From Octopus bimaculoides (taxonomy: Eukaryota), in contig NC_068995.1 in assembly GCF_001194135.2 (NCBI RefSeq), forward strand, positions 50,557,610 through 50,621,609: a stretch of 64,000 nt of DNA. The letters run 5' to 3'. The notes under the pieces were generated by a model. The model was not told the DNA's origin. It worked only from the letters and a program-made list of their open reading frames with translations, and did no database searches. How positions within the stretch are numbered: the first letter of the stretch is position 1; each line of letters opens with the position of its first letter. A program made the translations under genes and the position numbers. Positions 1 to 14,700 of this stretch are shown one piece after another.

Positions 1-296
1 TACGACAACACAAACAACCACAATGGCTACAACAACCACAACAACAACAACAACTACACATCTTAAGCTTTACAACAATACTTGTTACTCATGGAACTTG
101 TGAAATAGAAAAGGGATTTCTTTTTTTTTTTTTTTGCTAATTATTTTAGTTTATTTTTTCTTCTCTCCTCTCTCTGCATTTTTATAATGTTAAAACAATT
201 AATCACATGAGAAATTTGAGGCATAAGACACGCACAACAGTATTCTAGGAATGGAAATATTTTACACATTTAAAGTGATTTGAAACACACTGAAAT

Positions 297-340
<44 letters not shown>

Positions 341-626
341 GATGTATATATAAATTAAGTATTAATATATAATGAGAGAAAGAGAGAGAGAGAGGGAAGT
401 ATTATAGGAAAGGTGATAAATTACCAATAGCTCCCCTTTAGCTTTTTTGTGTCACTGGAGGTAAAACACAAAACTAAAAAGCACAAGACAAATGTTTTCA
501 CATTTTGCAATTGTGTAATAAAAAGCAGGAAGAATTTACTATTTAAGCAAGGCAAATTTGTATAAGTGAATGTAATTATGCATAGATATAGACATATACG
601 TATGTAGATATATATTTGTGCCTAAC

Positions 627-820
627 CATCATCACTAGATTCTTCTGTGCTGTCAGTGTCTTCCAGCTGAAGCCTGCACTTATCAGCTAACTTGCTGGGG
701 ATGCTCTCCCGAGCCTGTCTCTCTTGCAATGTTTCAGCAAGCAGACAGGCTTCTTCCCAAGTAAGGATATGACTGGCATCATCGTCCAAGTCTTCCACAT
801 CAGCATCATCTTCACTAGTC
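627..820 (-). CDS. MICAL: MICAL exon 19 ([32 protein letters not shown]...TEESSDD), 194 nt
   Basis: Acceptor AAAG|, donor G|GTTAGG; phase 2 matches exon 18; acidic tract plus WxEA motif as in the MICAL3 linker. Confidence 0.82.
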
Positions 821-3800
821 CTTTATTCAGAGAAATAAAAGGAAAAATCATATATATTACAAACCAAAAAAAAAAAGAAAAAAACGTATAAATATATGCA
901 TATACATACAAAATATAAATGAAGGAAATCATGCATAAATAATTATTTGTTTTCATTAAGACACAAGGCTAATTTTTGTAGTAGAGGGGCATGGTGAATT
1001 TTATAGAATAGACCAGTATATTACTGGTACATAATTTCAGCATCTTTTTTCAGTAAATAGAAACAAGATATCAATGTCATTCTTCTTTTGTCACTGGCAT
1101 CAATCAATCAAAGAAATACAGAAAAAACATCACAGAGATATATGGAAATATAAAGAAACACTGTAAAGATTGGTAAAAATGGAGAAGAGAAACAGTTTCT
1201 AAAGGGGCAAAAAAAACTGATCAATTTGGCTGAAAGAAAAGAATTATTTAAAACTGTAAATTTACTGAATTGTGATATTTTAGGTAAAAAAATTTTTCAG
1301 CACATCAATGATTCCCTTATAGATGACAATATTTAATGGGTATTAAGTCTAACATGGCAGCAAGTTTAACACCACCACCTATCTCTAGGGTACTTTTATT
1401 ACTTATTTCAAGCATTTGTAGGAGAAAAACCTTTGATTCTAAATCAGCCCATATTTTTCTGGCAGATATTCAGTCTGAAAGGATCCACAAAAATCATGGA
1501 GAGTATCCTATTCCCACCCCCAGATTTGCTTACAAGGAAAGAGAAATATGAAAACTGCTTAATAAAAGAGCAATTCATTAATGAAAATAAAAGTTAACAA
1601 AATTATATTATAAACAGAGAAACAATAAACAAAGCAAGAAATTTATTTAAATTCAGAAAAGGATGCAGTATTCTACCTATCAGAGAAGGATAGTCCTGGT
1701 TAGAAGAAGCTGAAATTGTACACCACCACAAATATATAAGTAGCTAGCGAATGTAGTGATCGCATGGATTGATGGATCATTAGTAAACAGCAGAGAATGG
1801 TAACCGAATAAAATAGTAAATGGTAGCAGTACAATGTATTGAAGAGGAGGAGTTGTTGGGCTTTGCTCAAATCAAAAGCATTCCAGCTGTGACCGTTCTG
1901 TCTTTCTATATACCTATGAAAATATGGTCCATGTCATTTCATTATTTATTTATTTATTTTTTTATGACAAGAGAATAAAATTTGAGGGATATTTGGATGT
2001 TAATTTCTACAGGTTAAGTGACCATGCAGAAACTACCTCTAGTGTTGAGTAAGGTAAAAATGTGTAAAATAATGAAAGACAACTCTGTCTACAGTAAGGA
2101 ACAGAAGTGGTGAAATATAGTACATGGTAATAGTTGAATAATATAGGGAATAGTAGTTTTGTTATGTGTAGAATAGTAACATTTTAATGATGCAAACAAT
2201 AGAACTATAGAACAGTAAACCTATGAAGTGTCACATGGCAGCACGTTAAAGTATTCAAAAGTAGTGTTATAAAGTATAGAATGGTAAGACTTTAAAGAAT
2301 TTCGTTTTTCTTTCTTTCTTGTTGCATGCCTTCAGGCTCATTTGGTTAGATTATGTAGCAGGAATATTTCACAATCAGATCACTATATCTAATGTCACAA
2401 TTCACTAGAATATCATCCACATCATAAAAAAAAAATATCTGACTAATCAAGATATTGGCTCCAATAATAATTTCATCTTTGGCATACTTCTGTCTGAGCC
2501 AAACCATCACTATATCTTCAGTGCAGCCAACCCCACTGACAATAATTGATCCAAATGTTGGATCAACACAAAAACAATGAACAGATGGCAAACAAGGGAC
2601 ATCAGAAGACAGTAGCACAACCGGCAGCTAACCACAGTGGACAAACAGCAACATGAAGAACCACACCAATCCAAGAACAATAATCTTCAAACTGTCTTGA
2701 TGGTTTGTTGTTCATAGTAACAACAACATTTTTGTTTATGAAAAGAATAAATATTATTTTTACTTAAAATCTCAAATAGATATCAGTAAGTTTATCACGG
2801 TTTCTGTGTTGTTTAAGTAACTAGGAGTACAAAATTGCACATTTAACTTTGTAGCATTATATTGAATGGTTAGAAATATACATGAATGGTAAAATTACAA
2901 AGAACGGTAAAACTATAAAATGTTGCATAGTAGCATGGTAGGATTATAAAGTATATAAAATGGTAGGATGCTATAATTATAAAGTATTGAATGATAGATG
3001 TGTAGAAGTATCAAAATAAAAAAAATAATTGAATGATGGCAGTATAAAAAGGTTAGCACTATAATGCAGTAAATAATGTCTCTGGTTATGTGTGAAATAA
3101 AAGCAGAATCAAAAGATTTTGTATAGAAGTGGAGCAACATAAAACACTAAAAAACAGACTACTAACAAGGTATTTCAAGACACAGAACTATTTCCATGTA
3201 GCAGTGAACCCCAGAGGAGGAGAAAAGATAATGTTAAAAGCCTAGCGGGATAAGGAATCAAAATAGTGAAGTACCAAAGCAGACGGTGAAAAGTATCAGG
3301 TGTGGCATGCTACCTAGTTGGCCCGATATGGGAACAAACAAAGGACTTTTGTTACTAAAATATATTTAGTCATCAACTGTTGGAACGAGAATTTCTTGAA
3401 GAACGGAAACATGGAAAGGAAGAGAAACATCAGTAATCAGTAAACCATGTTATATATATATATATATATNNNNNNNNNNNNNNNNNNNNNNNNNNNNNNN
3501 NNNNNNNNNNNNNNNNNNNNNNNNNNNNNNNNNNNNNNNNNNNNNNNNNNNNNNNNNNNNNNNNNNNNNNNNNNNNNNNNNNNNNNNNNNNNNNNNNNNN
3601 NNNNNNNNNNNNNNNNNNNNNNNNNNNNNNNNNNNNNNNNNNNNNNNNNNNNNNNNNNNNNNNNNNNNNNNNNNNNNNNNNNNNNNNNNNNNNNNNNNNN
3701 NNNNNNNNNNNNNNNNNNNNNNNNNNNNNNNNNNNNNNNNNNNNNNNNNNNNNNNNNNNNNNNNNNNNNNNNNNNNNNNNNNNNNNNNNNNNNNNNNNNN

Positions 3801-6800
3801 NNNNNNNNNNNNNNNNNNNNNNNNNNNNNNNNNNNNNNNNNNNNNNNNNNNNNNNNNNNNNNNNNNNNNNNNNNNNNNNNNNNNNNNNNNNNNNNNNNNN
3901 NNNNNNNNNNNNNNNNNNNNNNNNNNNNNNNNNNNNNNNNNNNNNNNNNNNNNNNNNNNNNNNNNNNNNNNNNNNNNNNNNNNNNNNNNNNNNNNNNNNN
4001 NNNNNNNNNNNNNNNNNNNNNNNNNNNNNNNNNNNAAAGTATAAATTACTAACTTACATAAGTTTAGTAAACATGATTACACCCTTGGTTACAATGTAGT
4101 AAAAACAAAAAATAAAAAAATGCTACAATCTTCAACTTGTTCAGTCAGAATTCACACACACACACACACACGTTAGTATAAAAAAAAAGGTCTACTAAAC
4201 TAAAAGTCTGAAAACTTGTTTAGCATTTTGATAAGATGAACCAAAATATAAAGATTAGTACAAAACACAGAAATAATCATTGAAAACATCCAAAAAGAAA
4301 TACAATGGGGATTTGAGATGTTATCTGTATGTACAATAGATGTTAAGGAAGATAAGGAGATCCTTTACTGAACAGATGGATGATGATGAATTGGAAGAAA
4401 TGAAGGTGATGGTGGGGTTGGCATTAAGGGTAAGTCTGCTGGAGTCAGAGACTGGGAAATAAAATAGGTAATCTGTTTTATAAATAATAATCCACTCATT
4501 TGGCAACAAAATCAGGAAATCTAAAGAAAACACCTATTAATAAACACAACTGAAAACATCAACAAGAACAAGCAAGTTCTGAAAGTTGTCTTTTGAGTAA
4601 ACGACACCAAAAGATATTATGATAGGTTATAACACACCAAAATGCGGATATGAAACTAGTAGCATTTTTCAAATCTTGGCAACAAATTTCATTTGGTGGA
4701 AAATTTAAGTACACTGGATAATGTGTTCTGGAGTTACTGTGGTTTAAAAATCTTTCAAAATAAAACAGAATTTACCAACAAAAAGAAATTTGGTGGCTAA
4801 TATTTTCTTTTTAATGATTAATTATTTATTTATGAGATCTTAAGTCACTATAATTTAAAAACTTGATACATAAATCAATCAGATCTAGCTGGAACATTTC
4901 TCTGTTGTCTCTGATATTTCCTTTAGCGCTGTGGTCCTGTTCTTCCAAGAAATTGACAGGTGATTCATTAAATCATAAGCAGATTTGCCCATGAAACCTT
5001 TGGCTCCAACCTCTAGGGTGAGAACCTTGCCTGGGAAGTTTGCTTCCCCTCAGGCTGAGAGTTTCTTACCACTTCGTTTTATTAATTATTTATTTATGAG
5101 ATCTTAAGCCCTTGCACTTTAAAACTTGGTACATAAATTGATTAAAAAAACGCACTTTACCTGAGAGTTTTTTAGTTAAACAACAAATCAAACCTGTAAC
5201 TGTTATGTATTTATACAATAGATTCTTAACTATAGAGTTTACAGCAAACATTTTATCCACAAATAGAGAAGCTTGAGAATTTTCGAATTTCAGCTAATTA
5301 ATATGTGTAAATAGAATATTTCAAGTTGTGTAAGTAGCACTTTAATCGAACATGGTATACCGGTTACTTGCACTAAACTATATCATTTAAAACTTCCAAT
5401 ACAACATTTAATTAATGACACAACTAAACCAGTTAAATGGCTATAATTTCCTCTTGTTTGATTACAAATCCCTTCATAACTTCCTAAAATAAAATCTGTT
5501 AATTCTGCCACGTGTGTACATGTGTATGTGTATGTACATGTCTATACAAGCATGCATGTGTGTAAATACATATAGATGTGTCTGCAAGTAGATACATGTT
5601 TGTGCACGTGGCGGTGGGGAGTAAGTCTTTAATGTATGGCTGTGCTAAGTCGGCCTAATTATATAGGAAAGACCAAATCCAAGAATATTGAGGATGATCT
5701 TTGTTGGCAACACTTGGCACATTGAAGAAATAAGTTCAATTGCCACGAGGAGTGGAGGATGTAATGGGGTTAGGGCTGTTGCTACTTATCTAATAGTAAA
5801 ATAAGCAGAGGGTGAGGGTTGGAAACACTCACCACATCAACTGAACTTACCAAACTCTTTTATGAATGTACCAAAAAAAAAAAAATCAACCTTCTTTGTG
5901 TTTATTTTTTAAAATCTTTCCTCTTAATGAGGTCACATGGTCCAGTGGTTAACATGTTGCACTTTCAATCATAAGAGCATCGTTTTGATTCCATGACTGG
6001 ATGATACATTGTGTTCTTGAGCAAAACACTTCATTTCACATTGCTCCAGTTCATTCAGCTGTAAATGAGTTCCAGCACGAAAGCATGTGGCTTAGTAGTT
6101 ATGATGTTCAGCTCATGATTGTAAGGTCATGAGTTCAATTCCTGGCAGCAAGTTGTAACCTTGAACAAGGCCCTTTATTTTATATTGCTCCAGTCCATTC
6201 AGCTGGCAAAAATGAGTCATAACTGTATCTCAAAGGGCCAGCCTTGTCACATTCTATGTCATAATGAATCACCCTGAGAACAATGTTAAGGGTACACGTG
6301 TCACTGGAGTGCTCAGCCACTTGCATGTTAATCTCACGGGCAGGCTGTTCCAGTGATTGAATCAACTGGAACCCTCCTCATTGTAACTGACAGAGAGCCA
6401 GTTAGTTAAATGAGTTCCAGCAATAGCTGGAGAATTAACCTTGTAATGGACTGGCATTCCATTCAGTGAATATAATGTGTCTAGCACAAATAAGAACAAT
6501 GAAAGAGAGAAAGTATTGCTGGTAAAGTATTATAAAAAAAAATGCAGTTTTGTAGTGTATTAAAGTGTGTTCAGTGCTGGAATCAAAGAATTTCCATCAC
6601 ATGATGGTAAAAGACAGTAACTAAAATAACCATGCAGCATAAAATAAATTGTTTATTCTTCCATAAAAATAATATAAAACAGAGATCAGTTATAAAGTGT
6701 TATATATATGTAGCATATGAGAGTTTATATATGAAATATAACACTCAGTTTAATGAAGTTTGAGTAAATATATGTTTTAAAAAAATTCAATGTCTTTAGG

Positions 6801-6934
6801 GAAAAACAAAAAAGGGAAAAACAAAAAAGGGAAAAACATGTATTTTCAGTGAGCATTGTTAATGCAATTTTAATTGATATATATATATGTAAGTATGTAC
6901 ATATATGTGTGTATACATGTATATATATTCTTTG

Positions 6935-6969
<35 letters not shown>

Positions 6970-8227
6970 GAGTTTAATTTCATTTTCAGCTGTTAAAAAA
7001 AGTTTTTGTTTAAAAAAAATCACTAAAACAAAAAAAAAAATACATATAAAACAAAAATGGGACAAAATCTAATTAAGATGGAAAATGATTAATTGCATAG
7101 AAAGACAGAATATTTTGTAAAACATTTTTTTTTAATCCAAGAATACAGTGGGGAAGATCCATACCTCAGCAGATCTATAAAAGGAATCAGAAAATTCCAA
7201 TTTCCTAACTCTCTTAACAAAAAATTATTTCAAAAATGAATTGTTTAATCTCATCAGAACATTTCTATAGAATCCTCAAAATTGAAGGATACCCACTAGA
7301 ATTTATTTGAGATGAACAGCATAATGCTACACACTATGGAAATGTACCCTGCATAACCGAAGTCCACTGATCAAAAGCAGTTAAACTGTAAATCTCAAAT
7401 TTTAAAAAATGGTAACAGTCATCGAACATTTCTAAGACTTCTTAAAAGAAAAGTGATACTTTTTGTTACTTCTTCCAAAATCTATGTGATTTAATTATTT
7501 CATTTCATCTGGAAGCACATTATAAATAAACTGTATTTGGCCTCATTAAATTCACTAATACAGTTAATAAATTGCTGATGTCTGTAGATGATGATTTTGT
7601 TCTCAGATCATATCAGGAAAATATTCAAATAGTTTTAAAGTGAAATAAAAGAGAGAATCTATACTGCTTTGATATGAAACAAACAACCAAAATATTTGCT
7701 CTGCTGACATGAAAGGGTTTATAATATTTGTATATATCAAGTCTTTTGGATTTCCTTTCCCTAAATGCAGGCAGCAAATAACCTATTGATTGCAAAGAAA
7801 GGTATTTGTTGTACCCATGCAAAATTAAAATAAAATGAATAAATGTATTTGTTGATTAGGTATCTCTTGATGTAATGAAGAATATGAAAGAGACCTTTGA
7901 AAGAATCCAGATAGAGATGAGAGAGAGGGAAAGAGAGCTAATGTAGTATAAATAACATCATTCAAATGCATTGGATGCATTTCACAGGAACAAGACTCTT
8001 TACAAAAACATTGGTATAAAAAAAGCAAAGAAGGATGTGACTAAAAACCATCTTCTGTCTAATGCGAGAAGGCATTTCAGATACAGCAAGATATTTGATG
8101 AAATTGAGAATAGAAAACCAAAATTAGAATAATCCTTATCTATCACAATGACATGGAAGGTTTCATCCTTCAGCAAATGACCACATTAGAAGTTATACAA
8201 GAATAAATGACAGATAAATTAGCAAGA

Positions 8228-8279
<52 letters not shown>

Positions 8280-11200
8280 ACATATGATTTTTTTAATATC
8301 AAACAGAAAACTTGTAAGAAATCGAAAAAACAGATTCAAGGATTAATATAACATATTCAGATTAACTTTGGTTTTTAGTATAAGATTTTAATTAAGAGCT
8401 ACAGTAGGTCAATCAGTTTAACAGTTTTTATTCTGTTACTCAAACTGAAGATCTTTGGTATTATTTTTTCCCCTTTTTCACAGACATTTTTTTTTTGTCT
8501 AAAGCTATAGCACCAATCATTCATTCATAAGAATCCTATACATTTACTTCTCCAGTCATTCTGAAATATCCAGTCATGGTTAGACTGTGTTCTGCTGAAG
8601 AGGATTTATGAGATCAAAACAGAGAAGTCAACACACTGCTATACATCAAACTCACTCTCTGCTAAATTCCAAACTTAATATTCCTTTCTGCTATAGACAC
8701 AAGGCCTGAAACTTTGGGGAATGGGCTGGTTCATTACATCAACCTCAGTGCACAACTGGTACTTATTTTACAGACCCCAAAAGGCTGAAAGGCAAAGTCA
8801 ACCTCAGCAGAATTTGAACTCAGAACGTAAAGGCAGACAAAATGATGCTAAGCATTCTAATGATTTTGCCAGCTTGCTACCTTAATTCCAGACAAAATAT
8901 AAATTAATCAAATATCCAGAGATTTTTCCCTTTGCGTTTTTCACTATAATTAGCTATTAAGAAAATGATTGTCCTCATCATTACAAGTGAAATTTTAATT
9001 AAAATTTCTTGGTTTACAACATTTATGTTAAATATTCAAATAAGGTTAATACCTTAACCCTTTAGCATTCACATTGTTCTGTCAAATGTAATGCTTATTT
9101 AATCACACTCTCTTGGTTTAGTCATTCTTTTGTTGCAGTTCCCAAAGGTCTAATTTTCCTCATTGTAGTAAATAACATGGGTAGCTCTGCAAACAGTGGG
9201 TGAGAAAAGGAGATTACTATACAAGTGTTGAGTGTTTCATTAGCTTACAGTAGAAAGCTGAATTTCTCCACTAGACTACCAGAAAATGACAAGAAACCAT
9301 TTCAGCGTAGTCACCTCTGAAATTTTGATTTATGAGAATCTTCAGTATTTTTCAAATGAGCCACTGAACCTTGCTAGAGAAGTTATAAATTATAAAGTAT
9401 ACAACAAATACAAACATAAGGGAGTGACAGTGACTAGTACAGAACAATTAACTTTGGTAGTAAATAATCAAAACAAAGAAAAACAGACTAGGAGATGGTT
9501 ATATAAAATGAAATTTTGAAACAAAATTAGAGGACTATATCAAAATATACATTGTGTGTGTGTGTGTGTTTGTTTGTTTGTTGACAGACAGACACAGACA
9601 GATAAAGAGAGATCATTCATGATTGATAAACATAGGAACTGGAAACATATAAGTGTACATAGATCATAAAACTAAACTTCGGAATAGATTAGGCATGTAC
9701 TTGTCTGTGTGAGATTCAATGTAGAAAGGACAGGGAAGTTTATTAACATATTCTTTAAATATATGAAAACATTGGAATTAGTACCCAGAGATACCTGAGG
9801 AACCAAAAGTCAATTACTGTTATGTTGAAATTTTTAATATTCATTAGGTTTTTTTTTCTTCTTTTTTTTTTCATTAAAAATGAAAACACTAAAAAGAACT
9901 GATAATTAATATTTACACTCAGTAACAAATTATCAAATATAAAATTTAAATTTTATGTTATTTTAACTTCGAATAACAAAAATTAAAGGAAATAAAAAAT
10001 CAAAATAAAAAGTTTGGTTTTGGTATATTTCTCCCTCCCCATGCTACTGTATTTTCCAGCATACAAGTTGAATTTCAGACCAAAATTTACAGCTACAAAA
10101 ACGTAGGATGACCTATACACCAAGACAAGTTTGGCAGACCAAAAATTTCATGTAAAATGCAACAGAATTTGGAAAGATAGTGATAATGTTTGAACGTTTG
10201 TTTTACATTTTTACACTACATACTACGTCAACTTATACACCAGAAAATATGGTAACAGTATTTGAATTACTTGTTATTTTAAATCTGAATAACAAAAATT
10301 AAAGCGATTAAAAAATATGTAAAGTTTTGTATTTTTTTATATAATTTTCCCACTCATGCTAACATGGGTCAACTATGTCTGTGAATCTTGGTATTTTACA
10401 AGAGGTTTTAGAGCAAGAGTTTTTGCAGTTCATTATTATTCCTTCTGGCCTCAGATTCATAAAATCTTGGACTCATTATTTTTGCTAGAGAAACTAAGTA
10501 ATTAATTATTTCACAATATTTGTGCCATAATAAGTCTGCCAGGATTAGGAATTTAAAACAAATATTTAAAACATATATAAAACATCCAGTACGCATGTGT
10601 GTGTATGTGTACATATACGTCTAAATAATATTAAGTATATAGTAAAAATATTTACAAAATGAAATAAAAAATGTAAAATAACAAAAAATATACAATACTG
10701 TAGTTTTGGAATGTTTAGATCGATATAAACTATAACAAATCATAGCACCGAATATATATACATATATTTTATTCATGTGTATGTATGTATATATGCATAC
10801 ATTATATATATAAGAATTTAAAAACTTCAAGAGAAGTGAAATAATTCTTTTTTGGAATGGTGAATCTCGAAGCAGATAAAGCTATAAATTAGAGTGTGTA
10901 TGTGTGTGTGTATGTATGTGTGTATTTATGTATGTATGTATGTAAGCATGCATGCATGCATGAATGTATGTATGTATGTATGTATGTATATATGCATGGA
11001 CGTACGTATGTATGTATGAATTNNNNNNNNNNNNNNNNNNNNNNNNNNNNNNNNNNNNNNNNNNNNNNNNNNNNNNNNNNNNNNNNNNNNNNNNNNNNNN
11101 NNNNNNNNNNNNNNNNNNNNNGATTGTGGGGTCCACAACTGAGCCCAATTTTGAGGGATGTGTTGCACTTTACTGTGCTTTCCTTTTTTTTTTTTATATA

Positions 11201-11615
11201 TATATACAGGTTTGGCCAAAAGTCACCAGACAGTAAATCAAAATTCCATAAATACTTAATATTCAATTTTATTTATTCATTCCAATTATGAATGCTTAAT
11301 AATTGAATGCCGTGAGTTAAAATCACCATTTTTTATCAACATTTGTCTACTTATTAGCGAAGTCTCATATAAAATAATTTTTTGTTTCAATCTTGGAATT
11401 AAATGGGTTTTGATTTACTGTCAGGTAACTTTTGGCCAACCCTGTATGTGAAGATTACTAAATTTGACACAAGGACACAAGTTTGTAAAGACATGAATTC
11501 AATATATTACTGCTGAAAAGCGAAGTTGATTTTGGCAGATTTAAATGCAGAATGTACAAGGATCAAACATAGATACTGCAAGGCATTTATTCCTGGTATT
11601 CTACAATATTTTCCT

Positions 11616-11659
<44 letters not shown>

Positions 11660-12519
11660 GAATACACACAAGAAGCAAGAAAAATACATATAAATTAGCT
11701 TGAGGATTTTTCTGTAATTAGAGGATATTACTAAAATGATAATTGAATTCTCAAACTGAATACATGATAAACTTTTCCTTCCAGCCATGCTTTCTCTTTG
11801 GCACAAATTTTGCAAACTACACCCCATTTCCAGAACATAAATGTTATTTTTTTTTTATATTGCCTCTGGATTAATCAGTGGTAAAGATGACATAGGTGGG
11901 ATCTATAATCAGAACAGAGCAGAACTAAATAACACTACAGTTTAGTTGGGCTTGTTACCATTTCAGCAACAAAAACAATAATAATAATAAAGGCAAGAGT
12001 AAAGTATAATCAATCATGAGAAGTTACATGGAAACATGTCAATAGTAAAAGTCAAACAATTTTGCAGATACCTACAAAGGAGAGAATTATACAAGCTGAA
12101 CCTATCTCCATTAGAAGAACATTGCAAGGGAACACCTCTTCATCCCTTCCCTATCTGATCATTAACATAGAACTGAACTTGAATATAAATGCTATTATTA
12201 CCTTGAGTTTAAACAGCAGATGATAAACAATTAGAAACACTACTGCAGACAGTGCATGGATTTATGAGAGAAATTTACATGAGATTTGAATTGGAAGAAA
12301 AGACAGCACTAAGGCAATGTGTAAGAGAGGGAAATTAACAACACAAATGTTAGGTAAAGAAACTGAGATACACGAATTACAATAAACACAGATATATAAA
12401 CACTTAAGAATCAATGAACTAGACAGTGTACAAAAAACAGATTTGAAGGAAATAGTTATGAAAGAATATTATAGATGCAGTTGGTAAATACTTAAAACAG
12501 AACTAATAATTGAAACCGG

Positions 12520-12563
<44 letters not shown>

Positions 12564-13468
12564 GCTCACAATGAGATGTACAAACAGTTGTGCCTTGCAG
12601 TATTTAGTAAATGTCCTTTCTATATCATTCTGAGTTCAAATCCAGCTAAGACCAACATAACCTTGTCGTCCTTCTGAAATTAATAAGGATTTTGCTTCAT
12701 TAGATATTCATTAACAGAGAATAAAATTCTTTAACTCCAATAACAGTTTGTTATTAACACATGTGGCATTTACAGCTCCTCAAGTTAACAAGAAACCTTC
12801 AATGCGGTTGCTTGACTTGCAAGAAAAAACAACCAAATGTCCTTCTTTTGGAATTGAAAGAATCTATGATTTTCTTCCTTTCAAATCAAGAGGGTAATAA
12901 TGTTGGTGTAAATAAATACAGGGTATGGTGGGTAAATTGTTGCCATTTTAAATTCTTAATTTTGCACATGCACATTCTTTGTTTTTGATTTTGTCAACTA
13001 CACAGTACAGTAGGATCAGTTTGGCACTGTCTGTGAGAAAAACAGCACCTTGGTGCAATTCTCTCTGCCAGAAATTTTGAAACATGCTGTACTGCTTGGC
13101 ATTTGCACTGCAAGCTGCAATACGAACATTTCAGAGTGTTTGGGTCTCAATGTGAGGACAGTGCAGAGAGTTCGGAGAGAGTTGGATGAGTCTGATGGTG
13201 ATTAAGAAGGTGCGGCAGCTCAGAAAACTCACTTTGATTGTTCTGATAAGAAAAGAACTCCTGAATTTGTTGGTGAGATCCAGGCCATGATTGACAACAA
13301 TCCCTCCAAGTCAATCAGGTCCATTGCCAGGAGTGTCTGAGTTTCTTATCAGGCAGGTAATGCATGAAGACATTCAATATTCCTCATACAAGATGAGAAA
13401 GGACCAATTTTTATCCCAAGCCATCAAGGACAAGGGGAAAGACCATGATATATATGTACACAATTAAT

Positions 13469-13521
<53 letters not shown>

Positions 13522-13655
13522 CATACATACACACTCATATACATCAATATAAATGCAATGTTAATAGAAATGCGTATACATATACAAACATATATACATG
13601 TGTGCATATATATATGTACACTGTGTACATGTATATATATGTACACACAAGTATA

Positions 13656-13701
<46 letters not shown>

Positions 13702-14656
13702 TAGATATACATATATATACTTGCATATACACATACGCATATAAATATATATACATTCATACAATATACCTACATATATGTAGTTATGCACATACACATA
13801 GAAAATATACTAGAAAACACCTGATGTTAATATCGAAATAATATTGTACTTCTCAGTGTATTTTACATGTGAATCCTTGCATGTATATTAAATAACATGT
13901 AGTTTTGCTTAGAGTATTGAGCACATGGCATCTCTTAAGATACTTCAAAAGTACAATGAGAATATATGCATTGTATGTATGTATGTGTATAAACACACAC
14001 ACACACATGCATATATGTATATAAAAACACACGCAAATATATGTATGTACGTATGTATATATATGCACACACACATACATACACATCAGTTAACATTTTA
14101 GTGTGACTAGAGATTGCGCTAATAAATAAATATAGATAAATAATAATAACAATAAATTGTAAACTAGTTGAGAACAATATTTAACTTATTTTAACAATAT
14201 ATATGATAATAATAATAATAATAACAGTAATTTTATTTTATTTATTTGTCTCTCCTTATATCATGCTTCACTTTCTTATTCGGATTTCATGAAAAAATAG
14301 TTCCAACTAACTCAGTGTAAATTAAAGAAAAATATCATAACATTTCTCGAACAAAAGCAAGAATGGTTGCTCTGTCAAGGCTGGCATTAAGAACTACCAC
14401 ATGTTATAAAGCTTTTGGTAGCCGCTCGTAAATGAATTGTACACCGCATAAATGCATTTGGCTGCCTGTTTACGGAAGAACTGGTAAGTCCACTTGAGAA
14501 GAGAGCTGCAATAAACGGATATGACATCGATGAGCCGCATTCAAATCAATAGAAGGGGATGGATGGATGGTAATGATGACAGGAACAAGACCAAAGTCGG
14601 TACCATGCTAACAAAGAGGGAGAGGGAGACAGAGAGAGAGAGGTGGGGAGTTAGAA

Positions 14657-14700
<44 letters not shown>

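Noticed and set aside
687-956. ORF-track frame overlapping exon 19
   Set aside because: Wrong frame; the phase-2 frame (ETSEDD...WEEA) is the MICAL-like one.
2346-2618. 90-aa minus-strand ORF preceded in frame by a hydrophobic stretch interrupted by TAG (editing to Trp considered)
   Set aside because: No ATG or suitable phase-2 acceptor in that frame and no recognisable homology.
3447-4052. Long ORFs crossing N runs (also 10882-11291, 32480-33620, 33820-34445, 60919-61250)
   Set aside because: They are open only because Ns contain no stop codons.
13464-14177. Y/I/C/V/H/T-rich ORFs (also about 29.4, 30.3, 34.2-34.8 and 56.2 kb)
   Set aside because: Translations of (TA)n, (CA)n and (TATG)n microsatellites.
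14340-14490. Plus-strand GTAAGT donor with short upstream ORFs (one transit-peptide-like)
   Set aside because: The ORF stops after 22 codons, and the donor hexamer is expected by chance.
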